From positions 280,283 through 344,282 of the forward strand of contig JADFDM010000001.1 of NCBI GenBank assembly GCA_018262795.1: a stretch of 64,000 nucleotides of DNA. The letters run 5' to 3'. Below are positions 53,508-62,916 of this stretch, in pieces (within the stretch, counting starts at the first letter, position 1; each line of letters begins with the position of its first letter). Origin of the DNA: Sphingobacteriales bacterium (GTDB taxonomy: Bacteria > Bacteroidota > Bacteroidia > Chitinophagales > LD1). The notes under the pieces were generated by a model, which was given only the letters and a program-made list of their open reading frames with translations, made no database searches and was not told where the DNA came from. The position numbers and the translations under genes were made by a program.

Positions 53508-54389
53508 ATGAAATCTGCCATTCGTCCTCTGATTATTTTGATTATTCCTTTTGTTTTAGCCTCCTGCGTAACGCAAAAAAAATATACGGCTCTTCAAAAT
53601 GACCTGCAAAAAGCGAATGAACTCTTGCATTCCTGTAATGAAAAGAAAGACCTCTGCCAATCAGATTTGACTGTGTGCAACACTAAACTGACCGGCAAGG
53701 AGGAACAGATAAAGTTGCTCAACAATCAACTGAATGACTGCAAAGAACAACGCGACAAACAGGTGACTCAAGTGGGTGATTTAACCGTGCTATCCAAAAG
53801 TGCAAATGACAACATTAACCAAACGCTGGCTCAGTTAGAGAGTAAGGATAAATATATTCAACTGCTACTCGCTGCTAAAACAAAGGCAGATTCTATTAAT
53901 CTGGCGCTTGCCATTAACCTCAAAGGCGTATTAAAAGATGGCTTGGACGATCAAGATGTAGAGATTAAGGTAGATAAAACAGTCGTGTTTATTAATCTAT
54001 CTGATAAAATGCTTTACACTTCGGGCAGTTATAATCTCACCCCTAAAGCGAAAGTGGTATTGGGCAAAATAGCCGCCATTGTTGAAACCCGCCCCGATGT
54101 AGAGGTGATGGTGGAAGGATATACAGATAACAAATCTATTAAGACCGACTGCATTACCGATAACTGGGACTTGAGTGTAAAACGGGCTACCAGTGTGGTG
54201 CGAGTATTGCAGAAGGACTACAAAATTGATCCCAACAAACTGATAGCTGCGGGTCGCGGAGAATACAATACGCTGGCAAGTAACGAAACTGCCGAGGGAC
54301 GGGCTACCAATCGCAGAACGCGCATTATCATTATGCCTAAACTCGATCAGTTTTACGATTTATTAGACCCCTCTAAAGTGGCTAAATAA
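53508..54389 (+). CDS. OmpA/MotB-family lipoprotein with coiled coil
   Basis: Lipobox LASC, coiled coil, VEGYTDN, NWDLSVKRATSV, AAGRGEY and NRRTRII motifs. Confidence 0.9.
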   Translation: MKSAIRPLIILIIPFVLASCVTQKKYTALQNDLQKANELLHSCNEKKDLCQSDLTVCNTKLTGKEEQIKLLNNQLNDCKEQRDKQVTQVGDLTVLSKSANDNINQTLAQLESKDKYIQLLLAAKTKADSINLALAINLKGVLKDGLDDQDVEIKVDKTVVFINLSDKMLYTSGSYNLTPKAKVVLGKIAAIVETRPDVEVMVEGYTDNKSIKTDCITDNWDLSVKRATSVVRVLQKDYKIDPNKLIAAGRGEYNTLASNETAEGRATNRRTRIIIMPKLDQFYDLLDPSKVAK

Positions 54390-54458
54390 ATCCGAGCATC
54401 CCTATCCTTCAACTTCTTTTATTTTAGGTTTTATTTCGTGCAAGTGTACACCGGGTAC

Positions 54459-54487
54459 AAAAAAGAACCCCGCTTTTGGCGGGGTTC
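54459..54487 (-). terminator. Intrinsic terminator of the cold-shock gene
   Basis: Stem gaaccccgc/gcggggttc followed on the minus strand by T6. Confidence 0.8.
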
Positions 54488-54521
54488 GGGTCAATGGTAT
54501 TAACTGAAATTATAGAGAGGC

Positions 54522-54713
54522 TTAAGCCAACTTTACATTTACTGCGTTTAATCCCTTTTTGCCATCTTGAAGGTCAAATGTTACATTGTCACCTTCGCTG
54601 ATTTGGTCTTTTAGGCCGGTAGTGTGTACAAAGAACTCCTCAGAGCTGTTTGCATCTTTGATAAAACCGAATCCTTTGTCGTTGTTAAAGAACTTTACTG
54701 TTCCTGTGTTCAT
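54522..54713 (-). CDS. csp: Cold-shock protein
   Basis: GTVKFFN..KGFGFI (RNP1), FFVH (RNP2) and GKKGLNAVNV. Confidence 0.95.
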   Translation of the reverse strand: MNTGTVKFFNNDKGFGFIKDANSSEEFFVHTTGLKDQISEGDNVTFDLQDGKKGLNAVNVKLA

Positions 54714-54891
54714 AATGAAAATTGTTTTTTTGGTTGTTACTATTTATATGCAAGCCACCAACAACCAACGTGATTTTGCGCCACAAAGGTAATCCGATAT
54801 ATTTAGTAATCTATTTTTTATTTTGAGGCACTTTCAAACGAAGCTACTTAAAGATGGAAGCTTCTCGGCTTTTATTTGTGCGGGAAGCATG

Positions 54892-54899
54892 TATATTTG
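54892..54899 (+). promoter_or_regulatory. -7 promoter element of the SRP RNA
   Basis: TATATTTG 4 nt upstream of the RNA 5' end. Confidence 0.7.
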
Positions 54900-54903
54900 C
54901 CGC

Positions 54904-54999
54904 GGGCGAGTCTCATACGACCAGCTCCTACTTAACCCTCCAGACGGGAAACCGAGCAAAGGTATAGTGGTTGAGCGGTGCGATATGAGTAACTTGCCC
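54904..54999 (+). ncRNA. ffs: Small bacterial signal recognition particle RNA (4.5S)
   Basis: Long hairpin gggcgagt/acttgccc, ctcata/tatgag, gctc/gagc; apical helix-8 motif CAGACGG-GAAA-CCGAGCA; followed by a T8 run and preceded by a promoter. Confidence 0.88.
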
Positions 55000-55119
55000 A
55001 CTTTTTTTTCTCTTTATTCAAAGAGAATCCTTCATCCACACTTTGTTTATTTTTTTATGGGATAAACAGAGAAGTCTGTTCAACTTTGCAACATTCATTC
55101 ACGCCAACAAAATCTCGCT

Positions 55120-55776
55120 ATGAAATTTTTTATTGACACCGCCAACTTAGAACACATCAAAGAAGCAGAGGCATTAGGCATTCTGGATGGAGTTACCACC
55201 AACCCCTCCTTGATGGCTAAAGAGGGAATTAAAGGGCAGGAAAATATCCTGAAACATTATGTGACCATTTGCGAAATGGTAAACGGTCCCGTTAGTGCCG
55301 AAGTTATTTCTACCGATTTCAATGGGATGGTGGAAGAAGGGAAAAAACTGGCTGCCCTGCATTCGAATATTGTGGTGAAGGTGCCGATGATTAAGGAGGG
55401 AGTAAAGGCGATTAAATGGTTTACCGATAACGGTATTAAAACCAATTGCACCCTGGTGTTCTCGGCTGCACAGGCGTTGCTGGCTGCTAAAGCAGGCGCT
55501 ACGATGGTTTCCCCTTTTATTGGAAGAATTGACGACAGCAACTGGGATGGCGTTCAATTGATAGAGCAAATCGTTCACATCTACTCCGTATATGATTACA
55601 AAACTGAAGTGCTGGCAGCTTCTATCCGCTCTTCGCTACACATTGTGAAGTGTGCCGAGGCAGGAGCAGATATTGCTACTTGTCCGCTGTCCTCTATCCT
55701 CGGATTATTTAATCATCCGCTAACGGATTTAGGCTTAGAAAAATTTCTGGCAGATTACAAAAAGGTGAACGGATAG
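55120..55776 (+). CDS. tal: Transaldolase (small TalC/FSA-like family)
   Basis: [20 protein letters not shown] (Schiff-base Lys) and LAASIR. Glu in SAEV and Phe in SPFIGR indicate transaldolase rather than FSA specificity. Confidence 0.9.
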   Translation: MKFFIDTANLEHIKEAEALGILDGVTTNPSLMAKEGIKGQENILKHYVTICEMVNGPVSAEVISTDFNGMVEEGKKLAALHSNIVVKVPMIKEGVKAIKWFTDNGIKTNCTLVFSAAQALLAAKAGATMVSPFIGRIDDSNWDGVQLIEQIVHIYSVYDYKTEVLAASIRSSLHIVKCAEAGADIATCPLSSILGLFNHPLTDLGLEKFLADYKKVNG

Positions 55777-55778
55777 TT

Positions 55779-56180
55779 TTACCACACATCGAATAGCTCG
55801 ACACTGTTACTGCAAATTGTTTCCCCGGCATCGTTGGCCACTTTTACCTTGAATTTCCCCGGACTTTTAAAGTAGTTTATTTGCCAAGCGTATAACCAGT
55901 CTGGTTGCAGGTGCTGCTCTACTGTGTTTTGATACGTTTCCTTGCCCTCTTTATCTACCGCAAATATTTTATAGGTAACATGGGTTTGCCCGATACCGTT
56001 ACTGTTTCGAAGCAGCATATAGAGGCGACCGGAAGCGCTATCGGGGGAGGTAATAAATTTGGTGTTGTTGAAGGCGCAGTATCCCTCCTGTTCCACCGAA
56101 GTGCAAAAGCTGAGGGTAGTTTGCGCAGAAAGAAAAAGGGAAACAAAAGTGAGGGCGAGCAATAGTGAAAGAGCCTTCAT
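55779..56180 (-). CDS. Hypothetical secreted protein (Ig-like beta domain likely)
   Basis: Signal peptide, F.SPGKFKVKV near the C-terminus and two Cys. Confidence 0.6.
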   Translation of the reverse strand: MKALSLLLALTFVSLFLSAQTTLSFCTSVEQEGYCAFNNTKFITSPDSASGRLYMLLRNSNGIGQTHVTYKIFAVDKEGKETYQNTVEQHLQPDWLYAWQINYFKSPGKFKVKVANDAGETICSNSVELFDVW

Positions 56181-56255
56181 TCAATTAATTTCAAATAAAG
56201 GTAGGATTCTTAAACAGAGCGAGCCGGAAACATTTCCGACTCGCTTATGTGTTGT

Positions 56256-56912
56256 TTAGTTCCTTATTGGTTTGCGATCAATCATTGGCAGCGGACTGTT
56301 GCCTCGGTGCTTGGGTTTCCACAGCCGAAAGTTCCAACCCAAACCTGCCGTTACTTTCAATTCTTCTAATCGCACCGTGTTGGGCACTCCCGAAAAGAAC
56401 ATGCCGCTGACCCCTTGCACCTTTACGAAAAAATTAAATATCCAACCTACATAGTAATTCATTCCTGCCTGTGCCGAAAGCAAACCAACAGGGGCAAAAG
56501 GAGAGTTCTTCAATTCTCCCCCTTCTAAGTAGTTGACTCGCGCCACTCCGATACCATTGGTAAGCCCGATATAAGGATCGAACCTTCCTTTCTTGACCGG
56601 GTGGTAGTTGATTCCCCAAAACACTGCATGGTTGGCTTTTACGCCCGGTTCGTTTTTGCGAGTGGTGGTAAATGATACCCATACTTGCCCGTTAAAAGAT
56701 ACTCGGTTATCAAAAAACAAATCGCAGTCGCCCGTTACATAAGCGCCTACTTGTTTTTGTTGAAACAGATAACTGGCCGCCAAATTACCCTGCGTGCGGA
56801 AGCATCCTTTCCGCTCTTCCCATATCTTTAGCTTAGTACTATCTTGAGCCTTCATGCTTACTGCAATGGAAAGCAACAGCAGCGCTCCGATTATTTTCTT
56901 TTTGGATTCCAT
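56256..56912 (-). CDS. Small outer membrane beta-barrel protein
   Basis: Signal peptide, FDPYIGL..GIG, AQAGMNYYV and terminal AGLGWNF strand. Confidence 0.65.
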   Translation of the reverse strand: MESKKKIIGALLLLSIAVSMKAQDSTKLKIWEERKGCFRTQGNLAASYLFQQKQVGAYVTGDCDLFFDNRVSFNGQVWVSFTTTRKNEPGVKANHAVFWGINYHPVKKGRFDPYIGLTNGIGVARVNYLEGGELKNSPFAPVGLLSAQAGMNYYVGWIFNFFVKVQGVSGMFFSGVPNTVRLEELKVTAGLGWNFRLWKPKHRGNSPLPMIDRKPIRN

Positions 56913-57571
56913 AGCTGTGCAATTTTATAGTTTAAACTAAGACTGATCAATAAATGACCTTCCCATCCCGCATGTTTGTGTTCTTCAATCACCACTGATC
57001 CGTCCTCTTGCTGCTCGGCATGTAATTCCTTTCCCAAATGAATCATGTATTGCGTGGTGAGGGACAGGTCGAAGCGCGGAGTAATGTTGTAATGGCAACC
57101 GATACCCGCCTGCACGGCCGAGCTAAATCTCTTTCGTCCCGGAGGGGCATCCGCGCCATTCATCCGAATGAAAGTGTAATCGAAACAATTGCCGGCCAAC
57201 ACATAGGGTGTGAATTTGCGTTGGAAAGCATGGGTGCGAATCAAGTAAAACATCACGCTCCACCCGATGTGGTAATCTAAGCGATGTGCCCGATTGAAAA
57301 CATTGGCCGGAAGAAAATCGGCAAACCATTCGGTATTCACTCGATCTACCACGAGTATGCGAAAATGTGCGCCAATGCCGGTGCCTATTTCCTTGGGGTT
57401 GCCATGATTAAAGAAACTGAGCGTATTTCTCAGGCCTAATGAAAATGCTCCTGCCTGACTGGGATAGAGGGCTGCGTAGAGCGAATCAATCTTCGTGTTT
57501 TTGGTTGCGTGTAGTGGATTTACTGACAGCCATACACACAGCAGAACTGCCAGCCAGCGGATGTGGTTCAT
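56891..57571 (-). CDS. Small outer membrane beta-barrel protein with His-rich loops
   Basis: Signal peptide, FTPYVLAG, VQAGIG.HY, HLGKELHAE...EEHKHAGWEGH and terminal SLNYKI strand. Confidence 0.65.
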   Translation of the reverse strand: MNHIRWLAVLLCVWLSVNPLHATKNTKIDSLYAALYPSQAGAFSLGLRNTLSFFNHGNPKEIGTGIGAHFRILVVDRVNTEWFADFLPANVFNRAHRLDYHIGWSVMFYLIRTHAFQRKFTPYVLAGNCFDYTFIRMNGADAPPGRKRFSSAVQAGIGCHYNITPRFDLSLTTQYMIHLGKELHAEQQEDGSVVIEEHKHAGWEGHLLISLSLNYKIAQLWNPKRK

Positions 57572-57763
57572 AAGGGTTGGTTTTGGTGAGGTAGCAGTTC
57601 TTCATCGCAATAATGATATGAAATCGGAACGGCTCTCTCTTTATTTTTATTGTACAATATTTATGAATGTGGAATAGTGTCGAAAACAAAATCCGGGAAT
57701 CGCTTAGGCGCAACCTACACATTTTCTATTCATTTCACAGTAGTGGATATGATGCTGTTGAAT

Positions 57764-57794
57764 AAAAAAAAGCCCCTGCGTTGCAGAGGCTTTT
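57764..57794 (-). terminator. Intrinsic terminator of secDF
   Basis: Stem aagcc(c)ctgc/gcag(a)ggctt with minus-strand T8. Confidence 0.75.
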
Positions 57795-57812
57795 AAGTTG
57801 GTGATGCTTGTA

Positions 57813-60800
57813 TTATGCTTTCTTTTTTCTACTCATCAAATCTACCATAATTGGGGAGGCAACGAAAATAGAAGAGTAAGTTCCTATCAACAATCCTACA
57901 ATCAGTGCAAAGGAGAAACCGCGGATAGAGGTTCCACCAAAGAAGAAGAGGATAAGCGAAACAATTAATACCGTGACAACCGTCATTATGGTTCGGCTCA
58001 ATGTTTGGTTGATGGAGTCGTTTACATTTTGAATTAACGGTCGCGTAGGGTGTAAGTTCAGGGTTTCGCGTATCCGGTCAAATACCACCACGGTATCATT
58101 TACCGAGTAACCGATTAGCGTGAGCACTGCGGCAACAATGTTTTGGTCAATCTCTAAGGAGAACGGCATTACTTGACGGAATGCAGAGAAGATTCCCATC
58201 ACTATAATCGGGTCGTGCACTAATGCTAAGATGGAGCCGGTAGCGTATTCCCACTTGCGGAAACGCACAAAGATGTAAAGGAACACTCCGGAAATTCCAA
58301 AGAAGAAAGCCCACAAGGCACTCCTGCGGATATCATCTGCAATAGAGGCTTCAATTTTAATAGAGCTTTTTACATTCTTGGTGCGGAAGCCATCGAAGGA
58401 AGGAGCATCTGTATAGAAAGGTTTCAGCCCTTCAAATAATTTTGCTTCCACTATACTGTCGGTGTTGGGGGCCGTGGACTCAATCATGTAGGCCGTGGTC
58501 ACCGATATTTGGTTGTTGCTGCCGTAAGTTTTTATCTGCGGAGCGCCATCGAGCGATACGGTGAGTGCCTTTGAAATTTCTTCGGTTTTTACGTCTTTGT
58601 CAAACTGAACCACATAACTTCTTCCTCCCTTAAAATCAACTCCATAATCAAAGCCATAAAAAATGATAGAAGCGAGGGATAATAGAATAAGCACACTGGA
58701 AATAACATAGGTGATTTTGCGCTTACCCATAAAGTCAATATGGATGTGCTTGAACAAGTCCATAGTAAATTTATTCCCAAAGTTCAACTGAATATTGCGC
58801 TTAAAGGCAGAGTCAAATACTACGCGGGAGAATAATACAGCCGTAAACAAGGAGGTAAGAATACCCCAGAATAATACTCGCCCGAAGCCGGCAATAGGTC
58901 CCAAACCAAATACCATGAGCACAATAGCGATGACCATAGTAGTCAGGTTACCGTCAATAATGGCATTGTAGGAATGTTGATAGCCTTCTTCTACGGCAAG
59001 TCGTACCCCCTTCCCTCTAACAATCTCTTCCCGCACCCGCTCGTTGATGATTACGTTGGCATCTACCGCCATCGCAAGGGTGAGCAGAATACCCGCCATG
59101 GAGGGAAGTGTGAAGGAAGCTCCTAAAGAAACCAAAATACTGATGAGCAAAAACATGTTGAGGAACATCGCAATGTTGGCAATAACCCCTGACCGACTGT
59201 AATACATCACCATAAATAAGAACACTAACAAGAAACCAATGCCCAATGACATCAAACCGGCTCTGATGGATTCTTTACCTAAAGAGGGGCCGATAATCTG
59301 CTCCTCGATAATCTGTGTCTGTGCCTCTAACTTTCCACTCTTTAGAATGTTTGCTAAGTCCACCGCTTCGTCCAATTGGTCAATGCCGGTGATTTGTGAA
59401 CGGCCTCCCGAAATTTTCTGCTGCACGCGCGGAGCAGAAAATACGCGGTTATCTAACACAATAGCGATACACTTCTTTACCGATTTGCCGTTCACTTGGC
59501 TGTTCACAGCAGCTTCCGTCATTTGCTCCCATTTGGCAGCCCCCATTGCATTCATCGAGATGTCCACCTCAGGAGTTCCAAATTGGTCAAACGATTGGTA
59601 CGCATCATTAATTACCGCACCGGTCAATGGTGCTTCGGTAGAGGCCGGGTTGCGCTTGATGGCATATAAGCCGTAAATATTCCCGGTTTGCCCCAGTGGA
59701 TGAGCGCCCCATAACAATTGCAAATCACGAGGGAAAATGTTTTTGATTTCCTTGCGACCCAATAGTCGGTTCACCTTCATGGTGTCTTTGCCAAAGGCAC
59801 GGCCTACCATAGGGCCATCACCGGTGCGCTGGCTTTGGCCTTCCGTAATAATATTTGGGTAAAGCACATCCCACAATGGGTTGGCGTTGCTCAGTGAAGT
59901 ATCTTGCTTAGCGGCTCCTGAATCGGCAGCGGCTGTGGCGGTATTGTCGCCAAACAACTGATTGCCCAATGAAGTGGAATCTGAAGCGGCTTGAGTGGTA
60001 TCGGTCGTTGCTACTTTTTCTTTTGCTTGCAAATCGCGAAGGGTGGTGTTGGCCTCCCCTAAGTAGTTAATCACTTCCTCTGTTTCGTAGGTATCCCAAA
60101 ACTCGAGCTGAGCCGTTTGTTGTAACAGTTTGCGAACGCGGTTAGGGTCGTCCACCCCCGGAAGTTCAAGAATAATTCTTCCGGTATTTTCTTGTAACGA
60201 AATGTTTGGAGAAGCAACTCCAAATTGGTCAATACGAGTTTTAAGAACTTGGAAGGTGTTGTGAATAGCGGCATTAAAATCTTTGCGAAGCACAGTAATC
60301 ACCTCATCATTGGTAGAGTTGATGTTGATTTTACCTTGATAAGCTTCGATAGGAGCAAAAACGGCTGCTATCTTAGCGTTCGGGCTCAACTTTTCAAACT
60401 CCTGCTTAAACAAACTCAAAAAATCACCTTGCTGAGTGGTTTGCGCTTTTTTCGCGTTCTCAATAGCCTTGTTAAAGATTTCGCTTTTGCTGTTGTAGGC
60501 TAATTTGCGCAACACGTCATCCTCCTCAATTTCCATAATCAGGCTCATTCCTCCCTTGAGGTCAAGCCCTAAGCTAAGTTCATGTTCGCGGCTAAATTTA
60601 TAAGTGTAAAAATCGCGCAGCGCCCATACATCAATAATTGGATTGTTAGAAACGGAATCGAGGTAATTTCTGCGAACGGTTTTGAACACCTGCTCCACAG
60701 AGTCTTCCCACATAATTAAGTTCAGCCCTTTGAGATCGGCCGGGGGAGTAGTGTTCACCTGAGAAGAGGCTACTTTATCCGCTCTGCGCTCCACCACTTT

Positions 60801-60887
60801 AGCCATAAAGGTGAAGGACAACTGAATCAGACAAACAATGACAAGGATAAAGGTAAATGCCTTAATTACTCCTTTGAGATTCTGCAT
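57813..60887 (-). CDS. secDF: Protein translocase subunit SecDF (fused)
   Basis: LGLDLKGG, RIDQFGV, AMAVDANVIINER, G.DFKGG, GYSVNDTVVVFDRIRE and GTYSSIFVASP motifs. Confidence 0.97.
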   Translation of the reverse strand: MQNLKGVIKAFTFILVIVCLIQLSFTFMAKVVERRADKVASSQVNTTPPADLKGLNLIMWEDSVEQVFKTVRRNYLDSVSNNPIIDVWALRDFYTYKFSREHELSLGLDLKGGMSLIMEIEEDDVLRKLAYNSKSEIFNKAIENAKKAQTTQQGDFLSLFKQEFEKLSPNAKIAAVFAPIEAYQGKININSTNDEVITVLRKDFNAAIHNTFQVLKTRIDQFGVASPNISLQENTGRIILELPGVDDPNRVRKLLQQTAQLEFWDTYETEEVINYLGEANTTLRDLQAKEKVATTDTTQAASDSTSLGNQLFGDNTATAAADSGAAKQDTSLSNANPLWDVLYPNIITEGQSQRTGDGPMVGRAFGKDTMKVNRLLGRKEIKNIFPRDLQLLWGAHPLGQTGNIYGLYAIKRNPASTEAPLTGAVINDAYQSFDQFGTPEVDISMNAMGAAKWEQMTEAAVNSQVNGKSVKKCIAIVLDNRVFSAPRVQQKISGGRSQITGIDQLDEAVDLANILKSGKLEAQTQIIEEQIIGPSLGKESIRAGLMSLGIGFLLVFLFMVMYYSRSGVIANIAMFLNMFLLISILVSLGASFTLPSMAGILLTLAMAVDANVIINERVREEIVRGKGVRLAVEEGYQHSYNAIIDGNLTTMVIAIVLMVFGLGPIAGFGRVLFWGILTSLFTAVLFSRVVFDSAFKRNIQLNFGNKFTMDLFKHIHIDFMGKRKITYVISSVLILLSLASIIFYGFDYGVDFKGGRSYVVQFDKDVKTEEISKALTVSLDGAPQIKTYGSNNQISVTTAYMIESTAPNTDSIVEAKLFEGLKPFYTDAPSFDGFRTKNVKSSIKIEASIADDIRRSALWAFFFGISGVFLYIFVRFRKWEYATGSILALVHDPIIVMGIFSAFRQVMPFSLEIDQNIVAAVLTLIGYSVNDTVVVFDRIRETLNLHPTRPLIQNVNDSINQTLSRTIMTVVTVLIVSLILFFFGGTSIRGFSFALIVGLLIGTYSSIFVASPIMVDLMSRKKKA

Positions 60888-60918
60888 TTTAAACTATTTA
60901 TTTCTTTAAAAAGGAACG

Positions 60919-60926
60919 CAAATATA
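60919..60926 (-). promoter_or_regulatory. -7 promoter element of secDF
   Basis: TATATTTG on the minus strand about 30 nt upstream of the ATG. Confidence 0.6.
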
Positions 60927-61221
60927 GAAGAATAGGGAGAAAATGAAACTGCCTATTTTTTTATGTGATACCAATAGTTAGCAAGGGTTGAAATAGTTAA
61001 TAGTTCGGGGAATTGAGGAATCGTGTAATCGTTATTAGTGTAATGGTTAATCGTTATTAGAAAATTCTTTGCTCTTGTCTCTTGAAATGAGATCGGTTGG
61101 TATCGCCCATACTTACCGCTCCCCACTTCCTTGCGCTCTGCGCCTTGAAGGGATTTCCCGTAAACGATACATAGCAATAAGCAGAATTTAATAGTTTAGC
61201 GTTGCTAATAACCTGTAATTT

Positions 61222-62688
61222 ATGTTTAAGATGTTCCCCTTGCTGGCACTTTGCTGGCTATGTGCCTTACAGAGCTTTTCCCAAGCTGAAATAAAGAATC
61301 CGGTGACTCCATTTTGGAAGGTCAAAGGAAACTCAGGCACCAACAGCGGCACCTATTTCATTGGCACTACCGATAATGTGAGTTGGCGGGTGCGCACCAA
61401 CAATACGGAGCGAATGGTGGTGGATAGCACCGGCAACGTAGGCATAGGAACAGCTTCGCCCACTACCCGCCTGCACGTGAACGGCAACTTTAGATTGGTG
61501 GACGGCACGCAAGCAAAAAATTTTGTATTGATGAGCGATGCCCTGGGCAATGCCACCTGGAAACATGCCGATTCGGTAGTAGCCAACACGACCACCGGCA
61601 CCGACTGGCATATTACCGGCAATGCCGGCACGGTAGATGGCACTAACTTTATTGGCACTACCGATAATATCCCCTTCAACATACGGGTCAATAATGAGAA
61701 GGCGGGAAGAATAGACCCAAACTTTGAGAATACTTTTTGGGGGTACAAATCGGGATATTCCAATACCACGGGGAGCTGCAATACCGCTAATGGCACCAAT
61801 TCTCTTGTTTCCTCCACTACTGGAACTCAAAACACTGCCAATGGATGCTATGCACTGTATCACAACACATCGGGTTCTTACAATACGGCCAATGGTGCAA
61901 AAGCACTTTATCAGAACACCTTAGGTTCTAGCAATACTGCCAACGGAAAAGAGACGCTGTATAATAATATTACGGGCGAATACAATACTGCCGGGGGATT
62001 GCAGTCGCTTTATTGGAACAACACTGGATCTGAGAATACGGCTATGGGCTATTCTGCACTTATTCACAACAAAACAGGATCCAGCAACACAGCCCTGGGG
62101 AATCTGGCAGATGTGACTACTAATGCATTTAACAACGCCACAGCTATAGGCAATAGAGCCAACACAAACGCCAGCGACAAGATGCGCTTTGGTAATACAA
62201 ACGTTTCTGTGATAGAGGGTCAGGTGGCCTATAGCATCCCGTCTGACGCTCGCTTTAAATATAACGTGACAGAAAGCGATGTGAAAGGATTGGACTTTAT
62301 CAGTCGCTTGCGACCAGTGGAGTATAATTTTGATACTCGCAAGTTTGAAGAATTCCTTACCAAGAACATGACCGACAGCATCCGCGCGAAGCATTTTAAA
62401 AATACTGATTTTACCCCTTCATCAGCTATTCGTCAAAGCGGTTTCATTGCGCAGGAAGTAGAGGAGGTGATGCAAGAAACAGGCTACCACTTCAACGGAG
62501 TGCATAAGCCGGCTAATGAAAACGATAACTATAGTGTATCTTATAGTTTGTTTGTAGTGCCTTTGGTAAAAGCCGTGCAGGAGCAACAGCAAATAATTGA
62601 AACCCTCAAACAGCAAAACGAAGAGTTCAAAAAGCAGAACACGGAAATGAACGAACGCTTAAATGCCTTAGAAAGCAATGGACGATGA
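61222..62688 (+). CDS. Secreted fibre-like protein with S74 intramolecular chaperone; short paralogue of 16305-20330
   Basis: Near-identical N-terminus (PFWKVKGNSGTNSGT.FIGTTDNVSWR), about 9 NTAxG repeats, PSDARFK, LRPVEY, SGFIAQEVE and VPLVKAVQEQQ. Confidence 0.88.
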   Translation: MFKMFPLLALCWLCALQSFSQAEIKNPVTPFWKVKGNSGTNSGTYFIGTTDNVSWRVRTNNTERMVVDSTGNVGIGTASPTTRLHVNGNFRLVDGTQAKNFVLMSDALGNATWKHADSVVANTTTGTDWHITGNAGTVDGTNFIGTTDNIPFNIRVNNEKAGRIDPNFENTFWGYKSGYSNTTGSCNTANGTNSLVSSTTGTQNTANGCYALYHNTSGSYNTANGAKALYQNTLGSSNTANGKETLYNNITGEYNTAGGLQSLYWNNTGSENTAMGYSALIHNKTGSSNTALGNLADVTTNAFNNATAIGNRANTNASDKMRFGNTNVSVIEGQVAYSIPSDARFKYNVTESDVKGLDFISRLRPVEYNFDTRKFEEFLTKNMTDSIRAKHFKNTDFTPSSAIRQSGFIAQEVEEVMQETGYHFNGVHKPANENDNYSVSYSLFVVPLVKAVQEQQQIIETLKQQNEEFKKQNTEMNERLNALESNGR

Positions 62689-62916
62689 ACAATCAGCAAT
62701 TGAAAAGGAATAATTTGATGACTATCCGTTTGTTTACCTAAAGGCATACGGTAAGCACTCCAAGGTGACCGCATCAACTTTCGATAATTTTTTGCAGGCC
62801 TCTCTGTTAGCTCTCATCAGATTTAGCCATGAACCATCCCGACTATCAAAATTTTAAGGGGGGAACTCCTCTTTTTAATCCTATTGTATATTTTTAGCCG
62901 CTCGAAACACAAACAC

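Noticed and set aside
54823-55065. 80-aa ORF upstream of transaldolase
   Set aside because: Overlaps the SRP RNA, its promoter and its terminator; TTG start and no protein features.
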